Shown here: piece by piece, positions 29,454 through 39,681 of the stretch | How positions within the stretch are numbered: position 1 is the first letter of the stretch | How the letters are laid out: every line of letters starts with the position of its first letter | IMG/VR virus record: IMGVR_UViG_3300023109_002988 | Location: 34,533 to 98,532 of that record | DNA length: 64,000 nt | Strand: one strand, 5' to 3' | From: a virus | The notes under the pieces: model-generated | Database searches by the model: none | Seen by the model: only the letters and a program-made list of their open reading frames with translations | What the model was told of the DNA's origin: nothing | Program-made: the position numbers and the translations under genes

Positions 29454-30957
29454 TTTAGAATTAGAGAAGCAGCTTTTAGCGGCTCTTATTAAAGAGCCTG
29501 AGATTTTTAGTGAGATAGCTAACTTCATAGATCATGATGATTTTTATTCTGAAGAGTCCAATCTTCATAAGACCATCTTTACAATAGTCAAACAAGCTAT
29601 AGAATCAAGCGAGGATATAGATGAGGTTATCATTGCTCAAAGAATAGCCAGCATAGGGTTATCCTTTGAGGATAAGTTAAATCCATCCGACTATATAAAA
29701 TCTCTAGCATTAAGAAAGGTTCCAAAAGGAAACCTAATTAAGACAGCTAAAGAATTAAAAAAAGTTTCTGTAAGGAGGGGTATATATAAAGCTGCTCAAG
29801 ACATGGCGAAGCAGATGAAAAATGTTTCCCCAGAGACAACTTATCATGAAATAATAGAAAAAGCAGATAATGTTTACAATTCTAGGATAAATCTTTATGA
29901 GATCGGGGAAGATGAACCCGTCAACATATATGATGAAATGGAATATATGATTGAGGATAGAGGTAACAATCCCATCGAAGAGTTTGGAATGATGGGTCCT
30001 CATAAAAAAGTTAACGATATGTATGGGTCTATATTAAGACCAGGAAATATTACAGTGGTAGTAGCTAGATCTGGTGTTGGTAAAACACAGTTTTGTATGC
30101 ACTATGCAACTAAAGTAGCTTCTGTTTATGATGTTCCTGTTCTTCATTTTGATAATGGTGAGATGAGCAAAGAAGAACTTATAATGAGACAATGTGCTTC
30201 TATATCTGGTATCTCCTCACACCTCCTAGAAAGTGGTAAGTGGAGACAAGCTGGTGAAGAAGTAGTAACTAAAGTAAGAGAGACTTGGGCTAAAGTTAAA
30301 GACTTAAAGTTTTACTATTATAATGTTGGCGGTATGGATGTTGATTCGATGGTCAACACACTTAAGAGATTTTATTACTCTAAAGTAGGAAGAGGAAACT
30401 CTATGATTTTTTCTTTTGACTATATCAAAACAACAAGCGAATCTTCTGACAATAAGAACGAATGGCAGATAGTCGGAGAAATGGTTGATAAGTTTAAGAA
30501 GTGCGTCCAGAAAGAAATACTCCATGACGGAGAGCCTGTTATCCCTATGATTACCTCTGTCCAGTCAAACAGATATGGAATAACTAACAACAGAAATGCT
30601 CAAAACATCGTTGATGATGAAAGCATTGTATCTCTTTCTGATAGAATTATTCAGTTTTGTTCTCATATGTTTATCCTTAGAAATAAGACCGCTGACGAAA
30701 TTGAGGTCGAGGGTGGTAGGTTTGGAACTCATAAGTTAATTAATATTAAGTCAAGGCACCTTGGCAAAGATGTGGCTGGAGCACTTGAACCAGTTCAAAT
30801 AGGTGATTCCCTAAGGAAGAATTCTGTTAACCTTGAATTTAAAAATTTCAATATTACTGAGCGTGGAGACCTTCGAGACATCGCTAGATCAATGGACGGC
30901 GGTGGTGAGATAGATGGCTCTGAGGTTGCTCCTTTGCCTGATTTCCAAAATGTCTGA
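29443..30957 (+). CDS. dnaB: Replicative DNA helicase DnaB-like
   Basis: ELEKQLLAALI N-domain, ARSGVGKT, GEMSKEE, FDYIK, VQSNR. Start refined to ATG 29443. Confidence 0.9.
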   Translation: MIYNLELEKQLLAALIKEPEIFSEIANFIDHDDFYSEESNLHKTIFTIVKQAIESSEDIDEVIIAQRIASIGLSFEDKLNPSDYIKSLALRKVPKGNLIKTAKELKKVSVRRGIYKAAQDMAKQMKNVSPETTYHEIIEKADNVYNSRINLYEIGEDEPVNIYDEMEYMIEDRGNNPIEEFGMMGPHKKVNDMYGSILRPGNITVVVARSGVGKTQFCMHYATKVASVYDVPVLHFDNGEMSKEELIMRQCASISGISSHLLESGKWRQAGEEVVTKVRETWAKVKDLKFYYYNVGGMDVDSMVNTLKRFYYSKVGRGNSMIFSFDYIKTTSESSDNKNEWQIVGEMVDKFKKCVQKEILHDGEPVIPMITSVQSNRYGITNNRNAQNIVDDESIVSLSDRIIQFCSHMFILRNKTADEIEVEGGRFGTHKLINIKSRHLGKDVAGALEPVQIGDSLRKNSVNLEFKNFNITERGDLRDIARSMDGGGEIDGSEVAPLPDFQNV

Positions 30958-31987
30958 TATGCACAAACAAATTTTAGAAGATCTTGGTTATAAGCTAATT
31001 GATTGCGGTAATCACTGGAGAACCAGTGCTGTTTATAGGGATGGAGACAACTCTACAGCGGTTCAGATATACAAAGATACTGGTGTATGGACTGATTATG
31101 TTGCAGAGAGTGGTCATAAACCTTTAAAGCAATTAATACAATTAACCTTAAAAGGAAACCCGACCAAACTAAAGTCAGTACTTAAATCATTAAATTCAGA
31201 GCCTGACAGCCTAAAAGAATACAAGCCAAACACATTAATTGAAATGGAAAAAATTTATGAAGACTCTATTTTAGAGAAACTGTTCCCTAATTACAACTTC
31301 TATAACAAAAAGAATATATCAGAGCAAACTCAAAATATATTTAAAGTTGGATTAGCTGGGTCTGGTAATATGTATAGGAGAATGGTTTTTCCAGTTTATA
31401 ATGAGCACTCACAAATAGTCGGTTTTTCTGGCAGGAGGTTTGATGATGGCAACTCTGCTAAATGGAAGCACATAGGAAAGAAAAACAACTGGATTTACCC
31501 AGCATACACGCCCAATACAGAAACTGTAGACGATATAATTACTGAATCAAAAGAAGTTTATCTCGTAGAAAGCATTGGAGATGCAATGTCTCTATATGAT
31601 CAAGGAATTAAAAACGTTTTAGTTATATTTGGCTTGTCGGTTAGTTCTTCTATCATAAGTTACTTGTCTGGCAAAGAGATTGACAAAATTACAATTGCTG
31701 GTAATAATGACTTTAGTTCTGAAGTTAACAGGGGTTTGATTGCTTCCATAAAAAACTATTTAAAGTTGTCTAATTATTTCGATCTTGATTTGCTCTGCAT
31801 AAAAGTTCCTCCGAAAGGGTTTAATGACTTGGGCGATGCTCATGAATCAGACCAGGATCTAAAATTATGGTCAAACAAGGATGTTGATTTAAAAAAACAA
31901 AGACAATTCATATTAGATTTTGTTTCTAAAAATGAAAACAAATTTTCTAAATCTTATATTAAAAAAGCAAAAAAAATAAATGAGTGA
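30950..31987 (+). CDS. DNA primase (DnaG/Toprim)
   Basis: RMVFPVYN..IVGFSGR, KWKH, YLVESIGDAM, NDLGD. Start refined to ATG 30950. Confidence 0.85.
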   Translation: MSDMHKQILEDLGYKLIDCGNHWRTSAVYRDGDNSTAVQIYKDTGVWTDYVAESGHKPLKQLIQLTLKGNPTKLKSVLKSLNSEPDSLKEYKPNTLIEMEKIYEDSILEKLFPNYNFYNKKNISEQTQNIFKVGLAGSGNMYRRMVFPVYNEHSQIVGFSGRRFDDGNSAKWKHIGKKNNWIYPAYTPNTETVDDIITESKEVYLVESIGDAMSLYDQGIKNVLVIFGLSVSSSIISYLSGKEIDKITIAGNNDFSSEVNRGLIASIKNYLKLSNYFDLDLLCIKVPPKGFNDLGDAHESDQDLKLWSNKDVDLKKQRQFILDFVSKNENKFSKSYIKKAKKINE

Positions 31988-33005
31988 ACCAATAACAACA
32001 TTATCAGCTAGTAGAATCAAAACAGCAGAAAGTTGTTCTTGGTTGTATTGGTGCAAGTATAAACTTAAGTTGCCAGATAGAAGTAATGATGGCGCAAGGA
32101 GAGGGTCTATTTGCCATTTGATTTTCGAGCTACTTGGAGAACCCAAAAGAAAAAAATACTTTGATGAGATTATCCGAACTCTTGATATCTTTAGTGTCCC
32201 CTCTATAGAGAGGCTTGTAATGAAACACGCAACCAGAGAGGGTATTGACGACGATGAAAACGTCAAGATGATGAAAGAGATGACTCTTAACGGCTTGATG
32301 TATGATTTCTTTGGCGATACCGATGAAGAGCCTACAGAAGAGCACTCTGAAAAAGATTTTCATATAGTCGTTAATGATGGTACTGTAAAATATAAGATAA
32401 GAGGTTTTATAGATAAGTTGTTTTTGTATGAGGATAAAAAGTTTGCTCTTATTAGAGACTTTAAGACAAGTAAAGAAACCTTTAAAGGTAAAGATGCCGA
32501 AGATAACATGCAGGACTTGATGTATAGTCTGGCGGTAAAGCATTTATTTCCAGAATACGAGAATAAACAAAGTGAATTTTTATTTTTAAAGTTCGATTTA
32601 ATACCCGATGTAAAGAAAAGCGGTATAGTGAGGATGGAGCCTTTGGATGAACACGACCTTCATGGTTTCGAGCATCATTTAACCGAAATTCAAAACTACT
32701 TAGACAATTTTAACGAAGATTCTGCCACTAAAAATATGGCGGCTTACAAAGGATTCCCAGAAGATGGCTCTTTCAGTTGCAAACTTTTATGTGGTTTTGC
32801 TAAAGAAAAAGGCCAACTTAAAAAGGATGGAACTCCCATGTGGCACTGTGGCATGAAGTTTGATTTCTTCTATTATGATATCAAAGATTCTCAAGGTAAC
32901 TTTTCTAGGTCCTGTTTTGATGATGAGTTCTCTGAGGATATGGTTCCAGAAGGAGGGTCTTATGAAATGAAATATTATGCAGGTTGTCCTGCTCATTCTT
33001 CTTGA
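31980..33005 (+). CDS. PD-(D/E)XK RecB/AddB-like exonuclease
   Basis: LSASRI..C, RGSICH, RGFIDKL, IRDFKTS, Q..MY, C-terminal cysteines. Confidence 0.82.
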   Translation: MSEPITTLSASRIKTAESCSWLYWCKYKLKLPDRSNDGARRGSICHLIFELLGEPKRKKYFDEIIRTLDIFSVPSIERLVMKHATREGIDDDENVKMMKEMTLNGLMYDFFGDTDEEPTEEHSEKDFHIVVNDGTVKYKIRGFIDKLFLYEDKKFALIRDFKTSKETFKGKDAEDNMQDLMYSLAVKHLFPEYENKQSEFLFLKFDLIPDVKKSGIVRMEPLDEHDLHGFEHHLTEIQNYLDNFNEDSATKNMAAYKGFPEDGSFSCKLLCGFAKEKGQLKKDGTPMWHCGMKFDFFYYDIKDSQGNFSRSCFDDEFSEDMVPEGGSYEMKYYAGCPAHSS

Positions 33006-33030
33006 CATAAATATACTTTTGTGATATCAT
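33002..33030 (+). promoter_or_regulatory. Sigma70-like promoter, leaderless geometry
   Basis: TTGACA-N17-TATCAT-N7-ATG. Confidence 0.75.
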
Positions 33031-33037
33031 TATCACA

Positions 33038-33748
33038 ATGAAGCCCATATTCAAATCAACTTATTCAATAGGTAAAAGTATACTAACTATTGAAGAAATC
33101 ATTAATATATGTAAGGACAAAAATTTTAAAAACCTCACTCTTGTTGAGGACAACCTTACTAGTTTTATGAAGGCGTTTCACGCTTGTCACAAAAACGACA
33201 TAGATCTTACATATGGCCTTAGGATTACTATGTGCAATTCTTTAGATAGTAAAGACTCTGATCACAAGTCTGTTATATTTGCTTTGGATGATAATGGGTG
33301 TAAGTTGATGAATAAAATTTATTCTAAAGCTTTTGTTGATAATGATGGTCGTATTACTTATGAAGAACTCAAGTCTTTTTGGGACAACAAGTCTCTTTGT
33401 TTTGTTGTTCCGTTTTATGATAGCTTTATTCATCAGAATAATTTATTTCTCAAGAATTGCATACCTGAACTTGATGGTTTGAATCCTAGGTTTTGGGTTG
33501 AGAACAACAACTTACCTTATGATCGCCTTATTTGTCAAAAAGTTCTAGAGTATGCGGAAGACTGTTATGATATTAGTCATGTTAAGTCTATATACTATAA
33601 GAACAAAGAAGATGTGGAAGCTCTTCAGACATATAAGATTCTTTGTAATAGAAGCTTTGGTAGACAAGCGACATTGTCGTGTCCTAACTTAAGTCACTTT
33701 GCTAGTGACGAGTTTTGCTTTGAATCATATATAGAAAATACTAAGTAA
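33038..33748 (+). CDS. Stand-alone degenerate PHP domain (DnaE N-terminal part)
   Basis: KSTYSIGKSIL..LVEDNL..F..C..I..YGL..FA..G..L..IYSKA follows the DnaE PHP layout with His ligands lost. Confidence 0.75.
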   Translation: MKPIFKSTYSIGKSILTIEEIINICKDKNFKNLTLVEDNLTSFMKAFHACHKNDIDLTYGLRITMCNSLDSKDSDHKSVIFALDDNGCKLMNKIYSKAFVDNDGRITYEELKSFWDNKSLCFVVPFYDSFIHQNNLFLKNCIPELDGLNPRFWVENNNLPYDRLICQKVLEYAEDCYDISHVKSIYYKNKEDVEALQTYKILCNRSFGRQATLSCPNLSHFASDEFCFESYIENTK

Positions 33749-34380
33749 TGAATAACGATTTATTAAGATACAACAGAAATCAAAAGTATATAATTTTTGA
33801 TACAGAGACAGAGGGTTTGAATTTGGTTAAATCAAAACCTTGGCAAGCGGCTTGGATTGTAGCTCAGGGTAACAAAATAATCAAGAAGTATGATAAGCTT
33901 ATATATTGGGATGATTTAAATGTATCAAAAGACGCTGCAAGAATAACTGGTTTTAGCCAGTCTTACTACGATAAGAATGCTGAAGACCCGAAGAAGGTGT
34001 GGGCTGAATTTTCTAAGTACTTATATGACGACTCATATAAGATAGTTGGTCAAAACTTATTAGGTTTTGATGTTTACATGATAGACGTTTGGAGAAAACT
34101 TATTGGTCAGCCTTTACTGCAGGATTACATAAACAGAATTATTGACACAAAAGCGATAGCTACAGCTATTGCTAAAGAGTCTCCTGTACCCAATCATGAT
34201 TTTATCTATTGGCAGTATAGATGGCTCAACTATAGAGAGAGAGGTTTAAAAACATCTCAATTAACACTTTTAAAAAAATATGAGATTGACTTTGATGCTA
34301 AAAGATTGCATGATGCTCTTTACGATATTGAAATGAACTTCGAAATATTCCACAAACAACTTTACGATATAGAACTATGA
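33748..34380 (+). CDS. DEDDh 3'-5' exonuclease (DnaQ/epsilon-like)
   Basis: FDTETEG, GQNLLGFD, IDT, HDALYD. Confidence 0.88.
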   Translation: MNNDLLRYNRNQKYIIFDTETEGLNLVKSKPWQAAWIVAQGNKIIKKYDKLIYWDDLNVSKDAARITGFSQSYYDKNAEDPKKVWAEFSKYLYDDSYKIVGQNLLGFDVYMIDVWRKLIGQPLLQDYINRIIDTKAIATAIAKESPVPNHDFIYWQYRWLNYRERGLKTSQLTLLKKYEIDFDAKRLHDALYDIEMNFEIFHKQLYDIEL

Positions 34381-36920
34381 GATATAAAACCCCATTTCCT
34401 GTAGGAGTTAAACTCCCAGAGATCAGTGTTCCCGACTCAAAGCTACATGATCTAGAACTAGAGCCTGGCGCTTCTTCTTTAGATATTCTTAAACAGCTTT
34501 GTCGACAAGGCCTCAGGGATAAAGGTCTTGTTAAAGCTGGCAACAGAAAAGATTATTATGATCGCACCCAGATGGAGATTGAAATCTTGAATGATCTAGG
34601 TTTTGTAGATTATATACTACTAAACTGGGATATTATGAATTTCTGCAAAGAGAATAAGATTCCAACTGGTGCTGGCAGGGGAAGTGCGGCTGGTAGCTTA
34701 GTGCTTTTTCTTTTAGGTGTAACAAATATTGACCCAATTAAATATGAACTATTTTTCGAAAGATTCGTCTCCAAAAGCAGAGCAAGGAAAATATTTCACG
34801 ATGGTGAAGTACTTCTTGACGGCTCTTTACTTGCTGATATTGATAATGACATCTCTTATGATAGGAGGGCTGAAGTTATTAAGTATATTGAAGATAAATA
34901 CGAAGGCAAAACTTCCAAAATTTTAACTCTAAATACGCTAAGTTCTAAGCTTTGCATGAAGGAGTGTGGCAAAATCGTTGGCGAGTTGTCTGAAATGGAT
35001 GTAAATCAAATCAGTGACACTATACCCAAGCACTTTGGAAAGGTAGCGAAGCTAGATGTGGCTTATGAGGAAAGCGAATCTTTTAAAAAGTTTGCAGATC
35101 AGCATAAAAAATCATACAAAATTGCAAAAAAACTAGAAGGATTAATTAAGAACACTGGTGTTCACCCTTCTGGGATATCAATTAGTTATTTTAGTCAAGG
35201 AGACATTATGCCCTTGCAAAAAACTAACGATGGAGCTTTAGTTTCTGGTTATGACATGGATGATGTAGCTAGCCTTAGTGTTAAGTTCGATATTCTTGGT
35301 CTGAGGACGCTTTCCGTGGTTAATGATACATGTAGTCAAATTGGAATCAAAGCTTCTGAGATCGATCCTGGTCACGAAAGCATCTATGCTGCATTGGCTT
35401 GTCTTGAACAGCCAAAAGGATTATTTCAGATTGAAGCGGATACAAACTTCAAGGTGTGCAGACAGATAGCTCCCAAAAGCTTAGAGGAGTTGTCTGCTGT
35501 TGTGGCTATTGCTCGTCCAGGAGCTTTAGACTTTAAGGACAGGTATGCTGACTACGCCAGAACTGGAGACTTCCAATCGGTTCATGAGTTCTTTGATGAC
35601 ATACTTAGTTATACTGGTGGTATTCCGCTTTACCAAGAGCAGTTGATGAAGATGGCTGTGAAGGTTGGCTTCAGCTTGGACGAGTCAGAGCAGTTAAGGC
35701 GTATCGTCGGCAAAAAGAAGGTTGAAGATATGCCAGCATGGAAGGCAAAGATTGAAGACAAAATCAAAGAAAAGAATTTAGATCCTGTTATCGGAGAGGT
35801 GTTGTGGAAAGTCGCAGAAGATTCTGCTAACTATTCATTTAACAAATCCCACAGTATTTCTTATGCTTATCTAGCTGCGATCACGGTTTACCTTAAATTC
35901 AATCACCCCCAAGAGTTTTTCTTGAGTCTACTTAAGATGTCTAGGTTTGAGCCTAATGCTCACGAAGAAATAGCCAAAATCTCTCAAGAGTTATCTTTCT
36001 TTGATATTAAGCTTTTACCTCCAGACTTAAACCTTTCTGATTTTGATTTTAAGATTGAAGGAAAAAATATTCGTTATGGACTTAATTCTATTAAAGGTGT
36101 TTCTGACAAAGTCATAGAGTCTCTTATAGATTTTAGAGAGTCAAGATTTGAAAATAAATACGACATATTTATTGCAGCAAAAGACTGTGGGGTAAACATT
36201 GGAACAATGTCTGCCTTCATACAAGCAGGACTGCTTGACTCTTTCGTTTCTTCAGACCGTTGTCGATTGGTGTTGGAGGCTCAGAGTTTTAACATATTAA
36301 CTGACAGAGAAAAAAGAAATCTCATAGAGCTTGGTCCTAAGTTTGACTTTGACATTTTAAAAACAATACACAGTTGCAGGTCCGAAAATACACCAGCTGA
36401 TGATGGAAGAGTTCTTTTTGCCGATAGAAGGTTTAATACTTTTAAGAAGAAGTATGATCCATATAAAAACATCTACGAACAAAACTCTAGCCACATAAAG
36501 TTTGCGAATTGGTACTTCGAAACAAAACTTCTTGGATATAGTTATTCATACAATATCAGAGAAATATTTGTTAGTGGAGACGAAGCTTCCTTCAAAACGT
36601 CAGAGGAAGTCAGAAACTCAGAAGAAAGAAAACGGGTCAAGTTTGTTGGGGATGTCACTGAAGTGACTAAGAGAACAAGCAGAAACGGTAATAAATATGC
36701 TAGAGTTGAGCTACAAGATGAGTTAGGTTCTGTTTGTGGTTTATTTTTAGACTCAGATAGAGAAGAAAGGTTGACAGAATACCTAAACTCTGGTAAAAAG
36801 TTACCTAAGAAGGGTAGCATTGCCATAATAACAGGTAGTGTAGGACAAGATATAGTTTTCATTGATAAAATTGAAACTATAGAAGAAAAAATCTATATGA
36901 AACTTTCTGAAATAAAATGA
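34377..36920 (+). CDS. dnaE: DNA polymerase III alpha catalytic subunit, lacking PHP
   Basis: GAGRGSAAGSLV, FERF, DIDND, GVHPSG, KFDILGL, YQEQLM, YSFNKSH, C-terminal OB fold. Confidence 0.93.
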   Translation: MRYKTPFPVGVKLPEISVPDSKLHDLELEPGASSLDILKQLCRQGLRDKGLVKAGNRKDYYDRTQMEIEILNDLGFVDYILLNWDIMNFCKENKIPTGAGRGSAAGSLVLFLLGVTNIDPIKYELFFERFVSKSRARKIFHDGEVLLDGSLLADIDNDISYDRRAEVIKYIEDKYEGKTSKILTLNTLSSKLCMKECGKIVGELSEMDVNQISDTIPKHFGKVAKLDVAYEESESFKKFADQHKKSYKIAKKLEGLIKNTGVHPSGISISYFSQGDIMPLQKTNDGALVSGYDMDDVASLSVKFDILGLRTLSVVNDTCSQIGIKASEIDPGHESIYAALACLEQPKGLFQIEADTNFKVCRQIAPKSLEELSAVVAIARPGALDFKDRYADYARTGDFQSVHEFFDDILSYTGGIPLYQEQLMKMAVKVGFSLDESEQLRRIVGKKKVEDMPAWKAKIEDKIKEKNLDPVIGEVLWKVAEDSANYSFNKSHSISYAYLAAITVYLKFNHPQEFFLSLLKMSRFEPNAHEEIAKISQELSFFDIKLLPPDLNLSDFDFKIEGKNIRYGLNSIKGVSDKVIESLIDFRESRFENKYDIFIAAKDCGVNIGTMSAFIQAGLLDSFVSSDRCRLVLEAQSFNILTDREKRNLIELGPKFDFDILKTIHSCRSENTPADDGRVLFADRRFNTFKKKYDPYKNIYEQNSSHIKFANWYFETKLLGYSYSYNIREIFVSGDEASFKTSEEVRNSEERKRVKFVGDVTEVTKRTSRNGNKYARVELQDELGSVCGLFLDSDREERLTEYLNSGKKLPKKGSIAIITGSVGQDIVFIDKIETIEEKIYMKLSEIK

Positions 36921-39373
36921 GTGTATATAACGATGTGATATTTAAAGAATTTAATTTAACTCCTAGGGCAAAAAAAGCTTATAAAGATGCTTTTAAACTT
37001 TCTAAAGAATTAGAACACAAAAATGTTAACAACCTACATGTGATGTATGGTTGTATAAAAAACTCCTGTCCTAAATTCAGGAGGTTTTTACTTAATAATG
37101 GGGTAGCTATTAGAAAGCAAGATATTTTAGACTGTTTTTCTGAGGCTGAATCAAATTACCAAGAAAAATTCTTTTCTAATAGTAATTCAGATCCTTGGCA
37201 TAGAGAGGTATCTGCTACTATTAAGGATGCAAATCAAATATCTTGCAATTTAGAGCAGTATTATATAGGAATTGAACATATATTTTTGTCTGTCATCAAC
37301 AAATCTCCTTATATCTTAGAGCTTTTCGATGATTACATTTTAGATTTGGAAATGTTTAAAGAAGAGATGGATTCTTTTCTAGAAGGAGACGATGAGAGAA
37401 TTTTACCTTCTTTTAATTTAGAAGATTTTATAGATAAATCCGTTTCCCTTTCCGAGGAAGCTAAAGAGCAAATAGATCCATCTTCTCCCGTTGGTGATTC
37501 TTTGCCAGATTTTGCCACAAACTTAAACAATCTTTATTACGAAGGAAAGCTACCAGATGTATACGGTAGGGATAAAGAAATAGATATTCTTATCGAAACA
37601 ATATCAAAGAAAAACAAATGCAACGCAATTTTAACTGGTTCAGCGGGAGTAGGTAAGACTTCTGTTGTTGAAGCTTTGGCCTCAAAAATATCCAAGTTAG
37701 ATGTACCCTCTAATTTGATTGGCGTGGAAATATTGAGTGTTGATCTTGGTTCTATATTAGCTGGGACTCAATATAGAGGCCAGTTTGAACAGAGATTTAA
37801 GAGTATACTAGACCAAGCTAAAAACAACCCAGGATTAATTTTGTTTTTTGATGAAATACATACTCTGTTTGGAGCTGGAAGCAATCAAGAAGGTGGTTTA
37901 GATGCTGTCAATATGCTTAAACCTCTTTTAGCTAGAGGCGATATAAAATGTATAGGGTCAACAACTAAAGAAGAGTATTTAAAAATCTTCAATAAGGATG
38001 CAGCAATGAAAAGAAGGTTCTTTGAAATAGAAATAGAAGAACCCTCTAAAGAAGATACAAAAAAAATACTTTATAATTGTAAAAATAAATACGAAACATT
38101 TCATAATGTGAAGTTTTCCAAGAGTATTGTTGATTTCATAGTTGACTCTTCTGACGTTCTTTTGAGTAACAAAAAATTCCCAGACAAAGCTTTCGATGTC
38201 TTAGATCAAGTTGGGTCAAGAGTTAAATTGAGAAACAATAAGGACAATAGCGAAACAATGGAACCTTACAAAGACTTAGTTAAGTCCATGTTGGATTCTT
38301 CGCTATCAGAGGATGAATTTAGAGATAGATTTAAAGAAGTTATGGATGGTTTTCAGGGAGCTATAGACACCCTAAAACAAAACCCAATAAAAATCAAAAA
38401 AAATGATGTTGTAGAGATAATATCCGAGCATGGAAACGTTTCTGTTGATCAAGTTAAAGATTGTTCCAAGGGTTTTAGATCTTTTCTTGCTAGAATGTCT
38501 AGTGAAGTTTTTGGTCAGGACCATATCTTAACTGAGATAGAAAAATCTCTTTCTTGTGCTAAGGCTGGCTTGGTAGATGATGACAAACCTTTGGCTAGTA
38601 TGTTTTTTGTCGGCCCGACAAGCGTTGGTAAAACCTATACAGCAAAAAAAATAGCAAAGAACTTTTTCGGGAACGAGAAAGCTATACTCCAAGTAAACAT
38701 GAGTGAACTCCAGGATAAAACTGGCATTAGTAAACTCATAGGTTCTAATGCTGGTTATGTTGGTTATGAGGAAGGTGGCATGCTGACCAAGTTTCTTTCT
38801 GAAAATCCTAATTCTGTAATCCTTTTTGACGAGGTGGAAAAAGCAAGCCCAGACATTTTAAATATCTTATTACATATATTGGATGAGGGCTATGTTGAGG
38901 ACAGCAAGCATAATAAAGTTAGCTTTGCAAATTCCATAGTAATATTGACAAGCAATATAGGCCACAAAGAAGCAAGTAAGACTAGTATGGGTTTTATTCA
39001 AGACGAGGAAGACAAAGATTCTTCTTATAAAAAATCCATAAACAAGTACCTTAAACCTGAGCTTGTTGCTAGAATAAATGATGTATTTGTCTTTGATGAT
39101 CTTTCTGATAAGGAATTCAAGTTAATTATAAAGTACGAGTTAGATAAAATTAAAGAGAAACTACATAAAAACAAAAACATAAAGTTTAATTTTAAAAAAC
39201 AGACGGTAGAATTTATCTTTGATATGATTAAGTTAGAAAACTTACATGCTAGAGATATTAAAAAATTCATTAAAAATAAAGTTCAAGTTCCAGTTTCTAA
39301 GGCTGTTCTATCTAAAAAAGAAAATTCAGAAATATCTATAAAAGGTATTGACAACTCAATCAATGTAATATAA
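36917..39373 (+). CDS. ClpA/ClpC-type AAA+ chaperone
   Basis: Clp_N-like start, GSAGVGKT, FFDEIH, PDKAFD, GPTSVGKT, GYVGYEEGG, LFDEVEKA and an MGF loop. Possible alternative GTG start at 36935, behind a GTGTA motif. Confidence 0.92.
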   Translation: MSVYNDVIFKEFNLTPRAKKAYKDAFKLSKELEHKNVNNLHVMYGCIKNSCPKFRRFLLNNGVAIRKQDILDCFSEAESNYQEKFFSNSNSDPWHREVSATIKDANQISCNLEQYYIGIEHIFLSVINKSPYILELFDDYILDLEMFKEEMDSFLEGDDERILPSFNLEDFIDKSVSLSEEAKEQIDPSSPVGDSLPDFATNLNNLYYEGKLPDVYGRDKEIDILIETISKKNKCNAILTGSAGVGKTSVVEALASKISKLDVPSNLIGVEILSVDLGSILAGTQYRGQFEQRFKSILDQAKNNPGLILFFDEIHTLFGAGSNQEGGLDAVNMLKPLLARGDIKCIGSTTKEEYLKIFNKDAAMKRRFFEIEIEEPSKEDTKKILYNCKNKYETFHNVKFSKSIVDFIVDSSDVLLSNKKFPDKAFDVLDQVGSRVKLRNNKDNSETMEPYKDLVKSMLDSSLSEDEFRDRFKEVMDGFQGAIDTLKQNPIKIKKNDVVEIISEHGNVSVDQVKDCSKGFRSFLARMSSEVFGQDHILTEIEKSLSCAKAGLVDDDKPLASMFFVGPTSVGKTYTAKKIAKNFFGNEKAILQVNMSELQDKTGISKLIGSNAGYVGYEEGGMLTKFLSENPNSVILFDEVEKASPDILNILLHILDEGYVEDSKHNKVSFANSIVILTSNIGHKEASKTSMGFIQDEEDKDSSYKKSINKYLKPELVARINDVFVFDDLSDKEFKLIIKYELDKIKEKLHKNKNIKFNFKKQTVEFIFDMIKLENLHARDIKKFIKNKVQVPVSKAVLSKKENSEISIKGIDNSINVI

Positions 39374-39376
39374 TAT
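39348..39376 (+). promoter_or_regulatory. Sigma70-like promoter
   Basis: TTGACA-N17-TAATAT, with ATG 9 nt downstream. Confidence 0.65.
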
Positions 39377-39385
39377 ACATATTAT

Positions 39386-39610
39386 ATGACAAATACAAAA
39401 CAAAACAAAATCATGAAAGCAATCCGTAACAGCAAAGGTCGTTTCTTCGGTCTTTATACAAAATCTGGGGAAGCTCTTAATGCTCAGTTTGTTGCTGAGA
39501 GCCCTCAATACGTGACTGTTTTTGATCGTAATGCAAAAACTAAAAGAAAGTTTGCGAAAACAAGTCTTAACGGTCTTCGTTTGCAGGGCTCCAAAATTGG
39601 ATCTGTGTAA
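39386..39610 (+). CDS. Small basic hypothetical protein (74 aa)
   Basis: ORF with its own promoter and terminator. Confidence 0.7.
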   Translation: MTNTKQNKIMKAIRNSKGRFFGLYTKSGEALNAQFVAESPQYVTVFDRNAKTKRKFAKTSLNGLRLQGSKIGSV

Positions 39611-39635
39611 ATTTTTTTATTAGTAAACCTTATCT

Positions 39636-39670
39636 AAAGGCCTAGGTAGAAATACCTAGGTCTTTTATTA
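39636..39670 (+). terminator. Intrinsic terminator
   Basis: aaaggcctaggta-GAAA-tacctaggtctttt. Confidence 0.85.
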
Positions 39671-39681
39671 TAATAATTGAG

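Noticed and set aside
31980-33005. Cas4 of a CRISPR system
   Set aside because: Sits in the replication operon with no array or other cas genes; best read as a phage RecB-like exonuclease.
33038-36920. Split intein in dnaE
   Set aside because: No intein N-terminal (C/S-start block A) or C-terminal HN-C/S/T motifs at the junctions.
39605-39625. GTGTA at the end of the 74 aa gene as another late promoter
   Set aside because: No start codon at the 9-11 nt spacing, and a terminator follows immediately; likely chance.
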